This document shows, in pieces, positions 23,481 to 37,924 of a stretch of 64,000 bases of DNA. This DNA is from Saprolegnia diclina VS20 (lineage: Eukaryota): NCBI RefSeq assembly GCF_000281045.1, contig NW_008246075.1, forward strand, positions 839,344 through 903,343, written 5' to 3'. The position numbers and the translations under genes were made by a program. The notes beneath the pieces were generated by a model. That model saw only the letters and a list, made by a program, of their open reading frames with translations. It did not search any database and was not told the DNA's origin. Numbering within the stretch: position 1 is the stretch's first letter; the number at the start of each line of letters is the position of its first letter.

Positions 23481-26400
23481 ATGACGCGACAGACTACGTA
23501 CGCAGCCCTGCCGCTGGACAAATCTCACGCCGCGGGACACCCGCTTGACCGCGCAAACCTGCTCTCTCGATGCACCTACGCGTGGGCCAACCCGGTCGTG
23601 CGCCTCGCCAACGAGCGCCAGCTCCACGCGGCCGACATCTGGCCGCTCCCGGACCGCTTCAAGTGTGCCGCGATCCGCACCACGTTTCTTCCGACGTACG
23701 ACAAGGGGAACAAGTCGCTCCTTCGCGCGATCCTCGTGGTTTTTGGCCCGAGAGCCGTGTGCATTGGCTTTTTGCAGCTTGTTGCGATGGCGTGCACGCT
23801 CTACGGGCCTGTTGTGCTCCAGCAAGTCGTCTCGGCCGTCGAGACGTCGTCGGTGGACTTTGCCACATTGCTGCACCCGATCCTGCTTCTCTTTCTCGTC
23901 AAGGTCGGACAAGCCGTGCTGCAGACACAAACGTCGCTTCAAAACGATTTGCTCTATCTCAACCTCACGTCGGCGCTTCAAGACCTTTTGTACAACAAAA
24001 CAATGGCACTCGACGCCCGCCGTCGCAAAAACCCGGGCGAAATCGCCAACCATTTTTCGACCGACATGATGTGGATCCTCGCCGTCTCGTACCGCGCCAA
24101 CCAGATCTGGATCATCCCGCTCCAGATTTCAGCGCTCTTGTACATGTTGTGGCAGCTCCTCGGGTCGGCGATGGTCGTTGGCATGTTTGTCATGGCGGCG
24201 ACCTTGTACATCAACCGGCTCGTGGCCACGCGTCTCCACATTAGCTTCAAGCGACTCATGGACTGCAAGGATGCGCGCATGAAGACGGTTAACGAGGTCT
24301 TTGGCGCCATGCAAAACATCAAATTCCATGCGTGGGAAGAGCGCTACAGCTCCAAGCTCACGCAGCAGCGCGACGCTGAGCTCCAAGCGCTGTGGTCGCA
24401 GTCGCTGGTCGCGTCATTGACCATCACGATCAACGGCGCCGGCCCGATCCTCTTGACGACTGTCTCGTTCACCGCCTATGTAATCTGGATCGGCGAGACA
24501 CTGACCGCCACCAAGGTCTTCACGGCGCTCAGCCTCTTCTCGATGATCAAGGCGCCCATGATGTTGCTGCCTACGATCATCGCCAACTGGATGCAGGCGT
24601 TTGTCTCGTACGGCCGCTTCACTACATTTCTGAACGCGCCGGAACTGGCGACCAACACGATCTCGCCGCATGTCTCGGCCAACGATATGGCGATCGAGAT
24701 GACAGACGCGTCCGTTGGCTACGACGCCGACAAGCCACCGCTCTTTTCGAGTGTCAACCTCGTCGTCAAGCGTGGCGCGTTTGTCGTGGTCCACGGCGTG
24801 GTCGGCGAAGGCAAGTCGTCGCTCTGCCACGTTCTGCTCGGTGAACTTGACAAGTACAATGGATCGGTCGGCGTCAGCGGCCGCATTGCCTACTTTGCGC
24901 AGCAGCCGTGGCTTCAAAACATGACGATCCGCGAAAACATCCTCTTTGGCCATCCGTACGACCGCAAAAAGTACAATGCGGTCCTCGAAGCGTGCGCGTT
25001 GACCAAGGACCTGACGCTCTTTGCGGCCGGCGACCGCACCGAGATTGGCTCGAAAGGTGTCAACGTCAGCGGCGGTCAAAAGGCGCGCATTGCGCTGGCG
25101 AGAGCGTGCTACAGCGACGCCGATATCTTCCTTTTGGACTCGCCCTTGTCGGCCGTCGACGCGATCGTCCAGAACGAGATTTTTACCAAGTGCTTTCTCG
25201 GTCTCCTCCGGCACAAGACGGTCTTGCTGGTGACGCACTCGCCCGACATCATCGCGTCACCGTACGTGGATCAGACGATTGAGGTCAGAGACGGGACGCT
25301 CATTCCGTCGGATGTCAATGGGAGCACCAACAAGGCGGACCACCCGATCCTGCTCACGCCCTTCAAGGCACACAGCGCCATGCGTGACAGCGACGATGCA
25401 ACCTTGGACAACGACGCGTCATTGACGATCGATGACAGCTACGTCAGCCTTGAGTATGCTGATACGCTAGTTTCGCCGTGCGTGCAGTCGGGTTTTGGCG
25501 ACGCCGTGTACCAAAAACACCTCTTCACGCCGGCAAGCAGCGCGTCACCAGCCGTGACGTATAACGAAGCGAGTACGCTGGACAATGCGACCGGCAAGCT
25601 CGTCGTTGACGAAGAGCGCAACCACGGCCGCGTCTCCAAGGTCGTCTTCCTCGTACTTTGGCGCAGTCGGTGGCTGGCCCGTTTTGCTGGGTCTCCTTTT
25701 CGTGCAGTCGCTCTGGCAAAGCCTTCAGGTCGGCAGCGATCTCTGGCTCAGCGCCTGGACGAGCGACAACGCCACGCCGACCGCGTTCCACGATGGCGCC
25801 ACGTACCATATTTCCGTCTACGCGTGCCTGGCGCTCGGATCGGTGCTCATGATCGCAGTGCGGTCGCTCACAGTCTCGTGGTGCGGCATGCGTGCGTCCA
25901 AGGTGCTCTTCAACCAGCTTACGCAGTCGCTCCTTCGGGCGCCGATGCGGTTCTTCGACACGAACCCGGTTGGGCGCATTCTCAACCGGTTCAGCGGCGA
26001 CATGAGCCAGATCGACGGCCGCATCTCGTTCGCGTTGGGGTACTTTCTGGCGACGCTCTTCACGCTTCTCTTTGCAGTCGGCACGACCATGGTGGTGATC
26101 CGCAGCTGTAGCGTCCTCTTGCTACCCCCGATGCTCATCTACTACTCGGTGGGCGCTCGCTACGTCCAACCCGCGCGCGAGATTGAGCGCTTGAACAAGA
26201 CGACGCAGTCCCCGCTCATGACGCACATATCCGAGTCGATCGAAGGCACCGTTCTCGTTCGCGCGTTTGGCGGCAAGCAGGTCCGACGCTTTGAGCGCCT
26301 CCACATGGCCCACGTCAACCACGCGGTCGAACTGATGTTTGCCGAATCGCTTTTGAGTCAGTGGTTTACGTTCCGCGTCCAAATGATCTCGGCGTGCATG

Positions 26401-27432
26401 CTTTTGGCGACCACGTTTTCGCTGCTGTATCTCCGCAGCTACCTCACGGCCGGTTTGATTGGCCTTGTCTTCAACTATGCGCTCCAGATTACGGCGAGCC
26501 TCGAAGGCATGGTCGCGGTGTGGTCTGACCTCGAGTCGGCCATGGTCGCCCCCGAACGCATCGCCGAGTACATCAACATCGAACCAGAGGCTCCGCGGTA
26601 CATGTGTGGCGCGGCACCGGCAGCTTGGCCGGCGTCCGGACGCCTTGCGTTTGAGAATGTCAGCTTCCGCTACAAGCCCAACGACCCGCTCGTGCTCAAA
26701 GACCTTAGCTTTGACATTCGGTCGGGCGAGAAGATTGGTATCGTTGGTCGCACGGGAGCCGGCAAGAGTAGTTTGACCATGGCGCTCTTCCGCATGGCCG
26801 AGCTCGCATCCGGCGTCATCTCGATCGACGGCATCGACACCAAGAGCGTCGGCCTCAAAACGCTGCGCCAAAGCATCGCCATCATTCCTCAAAATCCGAC
26901 TTTGTTCCAGGGCACGCTACGCGCCAACTTGGACCCGTTCGACGACTACGCCGACGACCAGCTCAGGGACGTACTTGCCAAAGTGCACATGGACGCCCGT
27001 GTCTCGATCGAAGCGCTCAAGCTCAACAGTCCGATCGAAGACAACGGCGAAAACTACTCGGTGGGCGAGCGCCAAATGCTGTGCATGGCGCGCGCGCTCT
27101 TGCGGCAGAGCAAGATTGTGGTGCTCGACGAAGCGACGGCGGCGATCGACCATGCGATGAACCAGAACCTGCAGCAAGTGATGCGAACCGCGTTTGAAAA
27201 TTCAACCGTCCTCACCATCGCGCACCGCCTCGACACGGTCCTGGATGGCGACCGCATCATGGTGCTGGACCAGGGCCACATGGTGCAGTGCGATACACCG
27301 CTAGCGCTTCTCGAGGCCGGCACGGGCATCTTCTTTGAGCTCTGCGAAGAAGGCGGCTATTTGGATCGCATGCGGTCGCCGACGATGACAACTGAATCGT
27401 CACCTGACGCAGACGTCAATATCATGACATAA
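23481..27432 (+). CDS. Full-length ABCC (MRP-like) transporter interrupted by a frameshift near 25650
   Basis: TMD1, NBD1 (GVVGEGKSS, VSGGQKARIALARA, FLLDSP), TMD2 (FFDTNPVGRILNRFS) and NBD2 (GRTGAGKSS, YSVGERQ, VLDEATAAID) lie in two frames that overlap at GRVSKVVF/SYFGAVGG. Confidence 0.9.
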
Positions 27433-27852
27433 TGGTAGTTGTAATCGATCTTTGTCGATCATGGGATGCTTCAAAACGCAAAATATACGTATCTGAGGAG
27501 GGTATTCCATGATGGTTTGATGCGCTTGTGCACGACGCATCCTCACAATTCCATTTTGTCCGTTGCCGCCGCCAAGGACCAGTCCACTTCCACGAGCAGG
27601 GGTAGCAAGTAAAGAGGCCGCTTGAATTGAGATTGCTGAAGCAGCCGCGCTGTAGCGCTCGACAAGGAATCAGACCCTAACCCTTGTCTGAACCCGATTC
27701 ATAATATCGTTGGGACGTCACCACGGAAACGCCCCACTAAACTTGAAGATGCCCGACATTGATAAACACAAACGCATCACTAAAAAGGTAACGAGTGATA
27801 TATAAGACTCGTCATTACAAGACGACAAAAGGAGGAATTTGTGGCAGCGTGC

Positions 27853-29562
27853 CTAGCTCTTGCAGGTGCCGTTGGCAAAGTAGCCCTTGCCGCCGACGAT
27901 GCGATAGCATTTCGTCGACGGATAAATCGACAAAAAGTTGGCGACGCACGAGAACACAAGGAGAACGAGGAAGCCGCCAATCAAGATGCCACCCGCGACC
28001 TTGCTCTTGGTACCGGTTCGCTTGAGCTCCTGCATCTCGGCCTTCTGGCGCGGCAGGAGCACGAGAAACGAGAGCGCGAAGAGCTTGGCGGCATAAGCAA
28101 TGAGAAAGGTGTACGTCACCTCCCAGCGCACGCGCGTGTCGTCGCGGCCAATGTCATCTTGGGACACGTCAAAGAACGAGTCGATGATCTTGTAGATGGC
28201 CGACGCCACGGGCCCCGAGAGGTTGGAGACGGTCGTAACGAGGCCGTACGTGGCGCCTTCGTTGCCAATGTCGGCGATTTCCACTGCGCAGTATGTGGCG
28301 ACGATGAAGCGGATGCCGGACGGAACGTTCTCGGCGAGCGCGACGCCCGTGTAGAACCACTGGTTGCGATAGACCTCCCAGATGGTCATCATCATCACAA
28401 ACGCGTCGATCGCGATGATACCGAGCGTCCCGAGCGCGATGACCCAGCGCCAGCTCCATTGGAGACCCCACTTGCCGACGACCGACATGACGACAATGCT
28501 GATGATGGTCCCAAAAAGCCCCGAGAGCGACTCGTTGAGCGGCTCGACGAGCGCCCACGACTGCGCGACCGGCGCTTCGGGCGTCGCGCCAAAGTTGCCA
28601 AAGAGCGTGTTGAAAAACTTGAATGCGCACACTTGCCACATGACGCGCTGCTGAAGGAGGTTCCAGAACGCAGTGAGCCAGCTCTTGAAGGGCGTCCGCG
28701 GGACTTTGACTTCGACGAGGAGGAAGATCGTGCTCGGGATCACAAGCACGATGGGCACGAGGCAGATCGCATACAGGACGTTTGGTGTCGTCGACCAGTT
28801 GAACGACCCGGCGTAGACCTTGCCGTTGAGCAAGAACGCGACGCAGAGCTGCGCCACCATTTGCCCGCAATAGCGCACAATGTAGATCATGGTTTGGGTG
28901 CGGCCTCGGATCGCAATCGGCTCGCGCTGCGCGTACTGGACGACCATGGCGTCGGACGCCACGTCGGCGAGGACGTAGCCAAAGGCCGTGAGGACACTGA
29001 GGGCAATGAAGAGCGTTCCGCTGTCCGGTGCGTCGTAGTTGTACTGGAGGAGCTGCGTCGGCGTCAAACTCTCGCGTTTCGGGGCTTTCTTCGGGCACTT
29101 GTTGATGCGGCGGTCGCAAAACGGTGCGGCAAACGGCGTAAAGACCATGATGAGAAGGCTCACGGCCGCGACTGTCCAGCCGAGGATGATCCACGGCTTG
29201 CGGCGGTAGCCAAAGATCGGGACGCAGTCCGAGAGCATACCGTAGAAGACCTTGAACGACCAGCCGAGCGTCACGAGCACACCGTATGCGGTCGTTTGGT
29301 AGCCTTCCATGTAGAGGTAGTTGTTGAAGACGGGGTACTTGAGCGCGGGGATCATGCCGTAGACGATGCCGATCGCAAAGTACTGCGAGAAGAGCGCCAT
29401 GGCCTCGCGCGAAAAGATGCGCACCGCGCCGCCCGCGACGAGCGCGCCATCTTCGAGGTCCACCGGCGTCTTGGTCTCGTGGTAGTCGTCGGGTTTGGTC
29501 GCCGAGATGGCGTACGAGAGCCGCTCGACGAGGTCACCGGATGGGTCTTGCACGGACGCCAT
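27853..29562 (-). CDS. BT1/folate-biopterin transporter family protein
   Basis: WSFKVFYGMLSDCVPIFGYRRKPW, DVASDAMVV, RGRTQ and GNEGATYGLVTTVSNL; multi-TM; intronless. Confidence 0.88.
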   Translation of the reverse strand: MASVQDPSGDLVERLSYAISATKPDDYHETKTPVDLEDGALVAGGAVRIFSREAMALFSQYFAIGIVYGMIPALKYPVFNNYLYMEGYQTTAYGVLVTLGWSFKVFYGMLSDCVPIFGYRRKPWIILGWTVAAVSLLIMVFTPFAAPFCDRRINKCPKKAPKRESLTPTQLLQYNYDAPDSGTLFIALSVLTAFGYVLADVASDAMVVQYAQREPIAIRGRTQTMIYIVRYCGQMVAQLCVAFLLNGKVYAGSFNWSTTPNVLYAICLVPIVLVIPSTIFLLVEVKVPRTPFKSWLTAFWNLLQQRVMWQVCAFKFFNTLFGNFGATPEAPVAQSWALVEPLNESLSGLFGTIISIVVMSVVGKWGLQWSWRWVIALGTLGIIAIDAFVMMMTIWEVYRNQWFYTGVALAENVPSGIRFIVATYCAVEIADIGNEGATYGLVTTVSNLSGPVASAIYKIIDSFFDVSQDDIGRDDTRVRWEVTYTFLIAYAAKLFALSFLVLLPRQKAEMQELKRTGTKSKVAGGILIGGFLVLLVFSCVANFLSIYPSTKCYRIVGGKGYFANGTCKS

Positions 29563-29586
29563 GTGTTCTGCTGAGGAGGCGCTGGC

Positions 29587-29602
29587 AAAAGGCAAAGTGA
29601 GC
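29587..29602 (-). promoter_or_regulatory. Inr/FPR-like core promoter
   Basis: GCTCACTTTGCCTTTT about 25 nt upstream of the BT1 ATG; identical to 44006..44021. Confidence 0.6.
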
Positions 29603-31307
29603 AAGGAGGCGTTGGGCAAGCCTTTTCATCTCGTATTGGAGCCCTTCAACAAACTTGTGAACGTGCAACACTGCGTGGGGTCGTGCACAGATTCGTGTCA
29701 CTACGAGGAGTCCACACCTACTACTACCGGTAGACGTGGGTGCATCGAGTCGTAGTGCTGAGTCGGGCAGGCTCGATGCGACGACCAAACATGCTACAGT
29801 CGACTCTACAGGTATACATGCCTCTCAAACTCGATAATCCTCTCACCGTGATAACCTCAGAAATATTTATGCAGTGGATTGAATAAAAATACGTTGTCAA
29901 CCTAGAGACCATTGCGAACTGCTGGGCCATACTACGGCCATCTTGCTCGCTGGCAATGATGCAACGACCAGTCCAATCGTGGCGATAGACAGGCTCCGGG
30001 CGGCAAAGGACGAACTTCCGGTCGGCGCTCGAACGCTCTATAATGCACTCGACACTTTCACCGCGGAAGAGTACAAGGTACGTGGACACCGGCGAAATCG
30101 ACGAGCTGGCCCCATCGCTTTTTGACGCTCGACGAGATGTGCACCTTCGTAAGGTACCGGTACGTCGACGAGGAAGACCAAGGCGAAGCGCAGGCCAGAC
30201 CTTTGCTCCCAGTTTTGTGATTCTTCCTCGCACAATGAATAACCCTGAAAAATGCATAGTTATCCACTATGCAAATAGGCAGAATCGACTGTACACCAAA
30301 AGCCAAGTGGTACGATTGGTCTGTGTCGTGACCTGATAACGTGGCTCGACCCCGTCACGGGTCATGCCGGATCAAAATGCAAAATTTCACCATCGAAAAT
30401 CCCACTCTATTGCGTTCTCAGTTAGCCACACCGGATCGACCATGCGAGTACACCGGCGCACCACCTTATCGCAGCCTCGTATCGCGTTCGTCAAAGGGAA
30501 GCATCAAGCGTGTAGATTATATGTACACAGACAAGTACGAGCCTTCTGCTTGACGTCATATCCACCGTCACGCACTGCTAATCGGTTCCCACGACCTCAC
30601 GTCTGCAGTAGTGTCCCTGAGTCTGCCACTGGGGTGATTGCTATTACGACCCCACGCAGTTTCCTTTGAGTTGCATCGGCAACTTTGCGGCGCCGGAATC
30701 AAAATTTCACCGGGACTGCCAACGCCATAAATTTCATATGGTCTTGGTACTACGTTGCACATCTCACAGACGACCATGCCCTGCTCATCTCACGCGGAAT
30801 GGCTGCACAGATGGAAACGGCTTCATTCCCGACCTGAAAACGCCACATGAATGTGTACTCTGGGACTCTATCAGATTTACCGGTAGTTCTTATTGCACTC
30901 GCCTCCTCTCATACTAGATTGCTTCAGAGCTGCGGCTCTTCTCCCATGCGTCGACACTAGAGCCTCGAATACCGGTAGACGCCGCACACCGGTGTAGCCC
31001 AACGAATGGCTGCAAAAGATACGACAATGACACGCTTTACACAACAGCCTAGAACCTCTAAGAAATAAGTGTCGACAAACGTATGCCCTCCGAACGTGCA
31101 GGCCACTCAGAGCTTGCGTATAGTTGCAGAGTTTCATGACGATTTCTTGTATCCTAGCAGTTTATTAAACGCTGGTTTGCCACCAGGAAGATCCGTGTTC
31201 GAGTCCCAGCGAGGGCCCCACTTTATGTATTCCTTTGGTTGCGAGAAGCCCAGATGGTTGTCAAGTCTTGTCCGACCCGTTGGTCTATTAGAAGGATCGA
31301 ACGTTTA

Positions 31308-31773
31308 GGAGGAGTTCCGAGTAAAAATATGGGACGGATGGGAGACGGGCACATTTTACTCGGAACGATTTTTGCAAAATACGACCAAAAACAATCTGCG
31401 CTATGATTGGCTAATATTCAATGGAATTTTAGCCAACCAATTTGGTCGCTTCTTGACGGAAGCCGGCAAAAGCCTTGTTGTAGTACCAAGAAAGTGAGCG
31501 CGAGCTCCACTTAAGCCAACCTACACGTGGACATCATGTTGCTCGAGTTTTGTGGCCATTGCAATCGAAAATGTCAACTGCAAAGGCGACTTTTGCTCCG
31601 TGTCTCCATCCAACGATTTGCCCAATCAAATCGCGTAATCACGAGACGGGATGAATTGGTGCGAGCTGAGGTCCTGGGGGTCGGCCGACAACCACGCGCA
31701 CGAGACGGGATGCTTTTTTTTCCTGGCCTCTGATTGGCTGTTGCCCGTCTCACAGGTTACTCGGAACTCCTCC
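31308..31773. mobile_element. Non-autonomous MITE, PIF/Harbinger (Tourist-like)
   Basis: Perfect 17-bp TIRs GGAGGAGTTCCGAGTAA (31308-31324) and TTACTCGGAACTCCTCC (31757-31773), flanked by TTA at 31305-31307 and 31774-31776. Subterminal GAGACGGG motifs; no transposase ORF. Confidence 0.85.
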
Positions 31774-32026
31774 TTAACGCGGGAGGGTCAACGTCGCGGG
31801 AGGGTTAATAGAGCAAAGGCCGAGCTTGGCCCTACGTACCGTGTCACGACCTTATTCGTACAGGGGGTACTGTCACAAACAAACGCAGGAATGTCGTTGC
31901 TGTTGTCGCCGAGTGCGCATTCAAGCCATTATTGAGCACGCTATTCGCTCGCATGATAGCCACGTACAATAGCAGTCGTTGTGATTCAAAAGACATGACG
32001 TTATCAACCCTTGTGTTTCTGATATC

Positions 32027-33069
32027 TTATACACACATGTAATTCAACATGAAGACGCTTCTTTCGGCTATTGAAAGTCGGGCCACGACCGCATCGTAAA
32101 AAAACAATGAACCACGGGAGAAACACGAGGAGCCCGAGTGGCGGACACCCAGAGACGGCCACGACGCAGTGGAACGCCACACGGCGGCGTCCATCATGAC
32201 GCGGTCGGCCACCAAGGTTTTTGCCATCAAAATTGCACAAAAATACATCCGACATCCCCGGCAATCCAGAGCCACGGCACGTTCGGGCTCGTCCATCAGC
32301 GCGCAGAGCAGCAGCGAGGCCACGGGTGTTCGCGGAACCCATCACAGCGGAATGAGGCTCCACACCGCCCAGCCCACGTGGTGACAACGCAGTTTACGTC
32401 GACCGCCTCATAGTTTACATCGCGAAGGAGCACGGCACTAACGCCGAGGCAGAGAGCAGCAAAGACGCATTCGATGAGACCATGGTATCGGCCGCAATAG
32501 CAGCACACGCCGACGAACGAGATGGCAAAGCCGCTTGCAAACACGAGTGTGGTACCCTCGTCATGACGGCGACACGGCAGCAACGGCCATATCAAGCGAC
32601 GCCCCTACCAGTCAAATTGATGCCAAAACAGCCACAAGAAGCCCACAAAGGTGACGAGAAACATCGCGACGTACTGCGACGTGACACACACAAGCGCAAC
32701 GGTTGATGCGACGACGACGATCTCGTGCGCAAGCGGATTCAGCTCAACGCACCGGCGCAGCGCGCCTAGGAGCGCTGAAATGCAGGTGCTGGCAGTGATA
32801 GCCGTACCTGGCCACAAAGGCGGCGACTGGAATCACACTGCCGAGCGCAACGATGTTCGCCATCGACACGGGGTCGCCGACGAGGTGCTCGGCCGTGGTC
32901 GCCTTAGCAAGGTCATGTGCTTGCCGACAACGTGGTACATGGATGCGTTGAGCCCCGAGAAGAAGCTCAGGCCGTTGGCGTCGCATACCAAGGAAACGTT
33001 ATGACCTTGATACTGCACTGGTGCGTTGTTGATCAAGCAGTGGACGCACGTCGACCTGCCCTTGAACAC
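32027..33069 (-). pseudogene. Possible degenerate membrane-protein gene
   Basis: Successive hydrophobic, coding-like segments in different frames (MANIVALGSVIPVAAF; VAMFLVTFVGFLWLFW; LVFASGFAISFVGV) are broken by stops and frame changes. No family recognised. Confidence 0.3.
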
Positions 33070-33178
33070 AATTCAGTTTTGACTTACCGCTGCAAGCGTC
33101 GAGTGACGAGCGCCAAGATCGGTCGCGCTCGTTTGGCGCCAAATTGGTCGTCGTATCCGGATGGTATCCGGCGCGTGA

Positions 33179-34799
<1,621 letters not shown>

Positions 34800-34810
34800 C
34801 TGCAAAGTGT

Positions 34811-36160
34811 TTACGCCGTTCTGGCCGCGTTGCTGACAAAATGAGCGTCGATCCAGCCAAGAAGGTCAGCGGTCGAGACCTGGAGGTGGTCCCCGTGCGT
34901 CTCGTACAGCGTGATACGGCCGCTGCGATCAAGCGTCGCGAGCCCAAACGAGTCCTTCTGGTACCACTGCGTTACGTTCATGGGCAAAACCACGTCACTC
35001 TGACCGTCGGCGTACGCCCCAAACCACTCCGACTCCTACACGCGCCACACTGCATCTGTACGTCGATCGCCAAGAGCTCGTACATGAGGGTACACCATCG
35101 TGTCGTGCGCGGCGCGGACGAGCGCAAGGTGCGTGAGTGATGCGAACCGGGTCTTGTACTCGGGCACCGTGACCGACTTTTCATTGTTGATGTCGGGGAG
35201 GAAGAGCGCTACGCAGACCGCGCTCTGTACACCAGACCATTGAGCGCAAACTGCGTAGTACGTACCGTGGGCGACGTAGGCAGCAATTTGGTTTGGATCT
35301 CGAAAATAGTTGGCTTGCGCGAGCTTGCCTAGCACAGCATGACCTTGAGCGAGCACCCAGAAGATGTCGATGCAGACCCTGGACGGTATCCGTGTAAGCA
35401 GCAGCCGAGATGACCTAAGGCGCCATGGTAACATACTTCAACGAAGCCAGACGAGTACGGCGTTGATTTGCTTGCAGATAAAGTTGGTCGGTGCGCAGTG
35501 GGGCAGCGCCCCGACACCGGCCAGCGGGCCGTGCACCGAAATAAAGTTCTTGACCGGCGGCGTGTTGTAGCGCTCAATGTACCCACGGATGAGCAGGTTG
35601 CCTTGCGAGAAACCCATGGCGTTGAAGCCCTGCGCCAATTTGGGGTCCTACGCGCGAGCATGAGCCGGTTGGAGAAGCAAGAAGCTTGTACATTGGCAAC
35701 TTGCTTGGCGAAAACGTCGACTTGGGTGTCAAACTTCATGAAGAAGCTGTTGGACGAGTCGGCAGCGACCGAGTCGCCGATCTGGACGTTCGTCACGTAC
35801 GTGTTGAGGTGCGCAGCGACCGCCTATGAGGACGAGCATGAGCCAACGATACGATAGCGAGGGGCAGTGTACCTTGCGGAGGCGCTGCATGCCAGGGTTC
35901 CCCGCAGCATCGCCCATGCCATGCATGAGCACGACGGGCAAGTTGTCGTCCATGCCACCAGCATAGACACCCGTGGCCGAGCTCATGGCCATCTCCGCGG
36001 CCATGGCGTCATCGAAGCGCAGGATGAATGGGCTCGCCTCGGCGAGGGTCTGGCTACTCGTCGCCAGCGCGTCGGCGCCGGTCCATGCGCCTCCGGAGGC
36101 GTCGGCAAGGCCCATGAGGACGAGGGCCATCGCCCCGATCGTCGTCAGCGGACTTCGCAT
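34811..36160 (-). CDS. Palmitoyl-protein thioesterase (PPT1-like), secreted/lysosomal, multi-exon
   Basis: Signal peptide, PVVLMHGMGD, nucleophile GFSQG, YIERYNTPPV, QANYFRDP, FLPDINNE, DSFGLATLD and GDHLQ. Confidence 0.9.
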
Positions 36161-36782
36161 CTTGGTCCAAAAAGATATGAAGACGATTTATTGGGTGAAA
36201 AATATATCTATATGGACCAATCCGATGCGAGCTTCTCGCATCTTTCCGTCAACATAGCGTAATCAACCACATCGTGGCTGGATTCAAAACCAGAGTTCAC
36301 ACTCGGAGGCTGCTACTTCTAGTCGGTGCCCAGTACGCTGCTTGCACGGCAAAGTATATTCCAGCGCAATTACACTGGCAGCTATGAATCCAATTCGAGT
36401 GAGCTGGTCTTCCGATTTTCCAGCTTAAATCCGCAAGTATTATTAATAAAAATTGATCTGTAGTCTTTCTCCGGGGTCGGTAAGGACAAAATTACGCGCG
36501 TGGTCCTTTGAATCTAGTTAGTACATTAGTACAGTGCGGCGGGTAGGAAGATCCTGGCGTCGAGGAGCTCTTGCTGGGATCCGCAACGCTCCATTGGATT
36601 TCTAGTGACTGCAATGGAAATCTGAAGAGGGCGGAAACGACCTCCACTTTCTCGAATTATGATTGGTGCAAGTCCATGGATTTCCGCCAATCCACATGCG
36701 GCATAGTTTCATCCAATCCCTGATGGGCATCCATCCTCAGTCGGTTTTCCATCGTGTCGGTCAGCGCCGCAGCAGCAGCAGC

Positions 36783-37924
36783 ATGCTCCAGTCGGTCGTC
36801 GTCCGCATCCTCCTCATGGCCGTCTCGGGCTCCTTGGTCTGGGAGGTGCAGTCGCCGCCCAAGGCCTTCGAGAACGAGTACATCATCGACGTTCCGACCG
36901 TGTACGTCGACGGTCCGGCCTCGGCCTTCTTTCCTGTTGTCATGATGCATGGCATGAACGACGCGGGGCACAATGGCCACATGGAGCGCATGCGCAACGT
37001 GGTCTCCGAGACGCTCGACGGCGCCTACGTGACGAGCGTCCAGATCGGCAAGAACGTCGCCGAGGACGAGTACAACAGCGTGCACTTGACCATGGACGAG
37101 CAGGTCCGTCGCTTCGCCGCCATCGTCGCCAAGGACCCGAACCTGCGCAAGGGCTTCCATGGCATCGGCTTCTCGCAAGGCGGGCTCATCCTCCGCGCGT
37201 ACATTGAGCGCTACAACGACCCGCCGGTGATTGGCTTCCTCGCGTGCCATAGCCCGCTCGCCGGCATTGGCGCGCTCCCGATCTGCAACCCCAACGACTT
37301 TGGCTGCCGCCAGCTCAACAAGATTGTGGGCGCTGTTGCCTACTCAGACGAGCTCCAAGGTACGCCTCCATGCCCTTTATCCCTCCGAACTGGTATACTG
37401 GCGTAGTGCACTTGGCGCAGAGCAACTACTATCGCGACCCCACACGCATCCATGAGTACCTCGACCACGGTACGCTCGTCGAATATGACCACAGTGTAGA
37501 AAAGACGTGTAGTTCATTTCTTACCCGACCTCAACAACGAGTTGGCGACCGTCAATTCGACGTACGCTGCACACTTCAAGTCGCTTCGGCAGCTCGTGCT
37601 CGTCCGTGCCATGCGCGACAGCCAAGTACAAACTGCCAGGACCAAGCGAAGGGATGCTATATGGAGGATATGTAGGTGGCGCCGAGTCTCTCGTCGTGGT
37701 TTGGTGCGTACAAGGATGGCGACTGGTCGACGCTGCTGCAGATGAACGCGACACCATGGTACACCACTGACGCCTTTGGGCTCCGGTCTCTCGACGCAGC
37801 CGGCAAAATCACGCTCTACGAGACGCCGGACGACCACCTCCAGTTCAGCGACGAGACGCTCGCCAACTGGGTGCGCACGCACTTTCGACCGGCAGCAATG
37901 CAGCAGCAACCGCCGCTGGCGTAG
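36783..37924 (+). CDS. Palmitoyl-protein thioesterase (PPT1-like) paralog, multi-exon
   Basis: PVVMMHGMND, GFSQG, YIERYNDPPV, QSNYYRDP, FLPDLNNE, DAFGLRSLD and DDHLQF. Confidence 0.9.
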
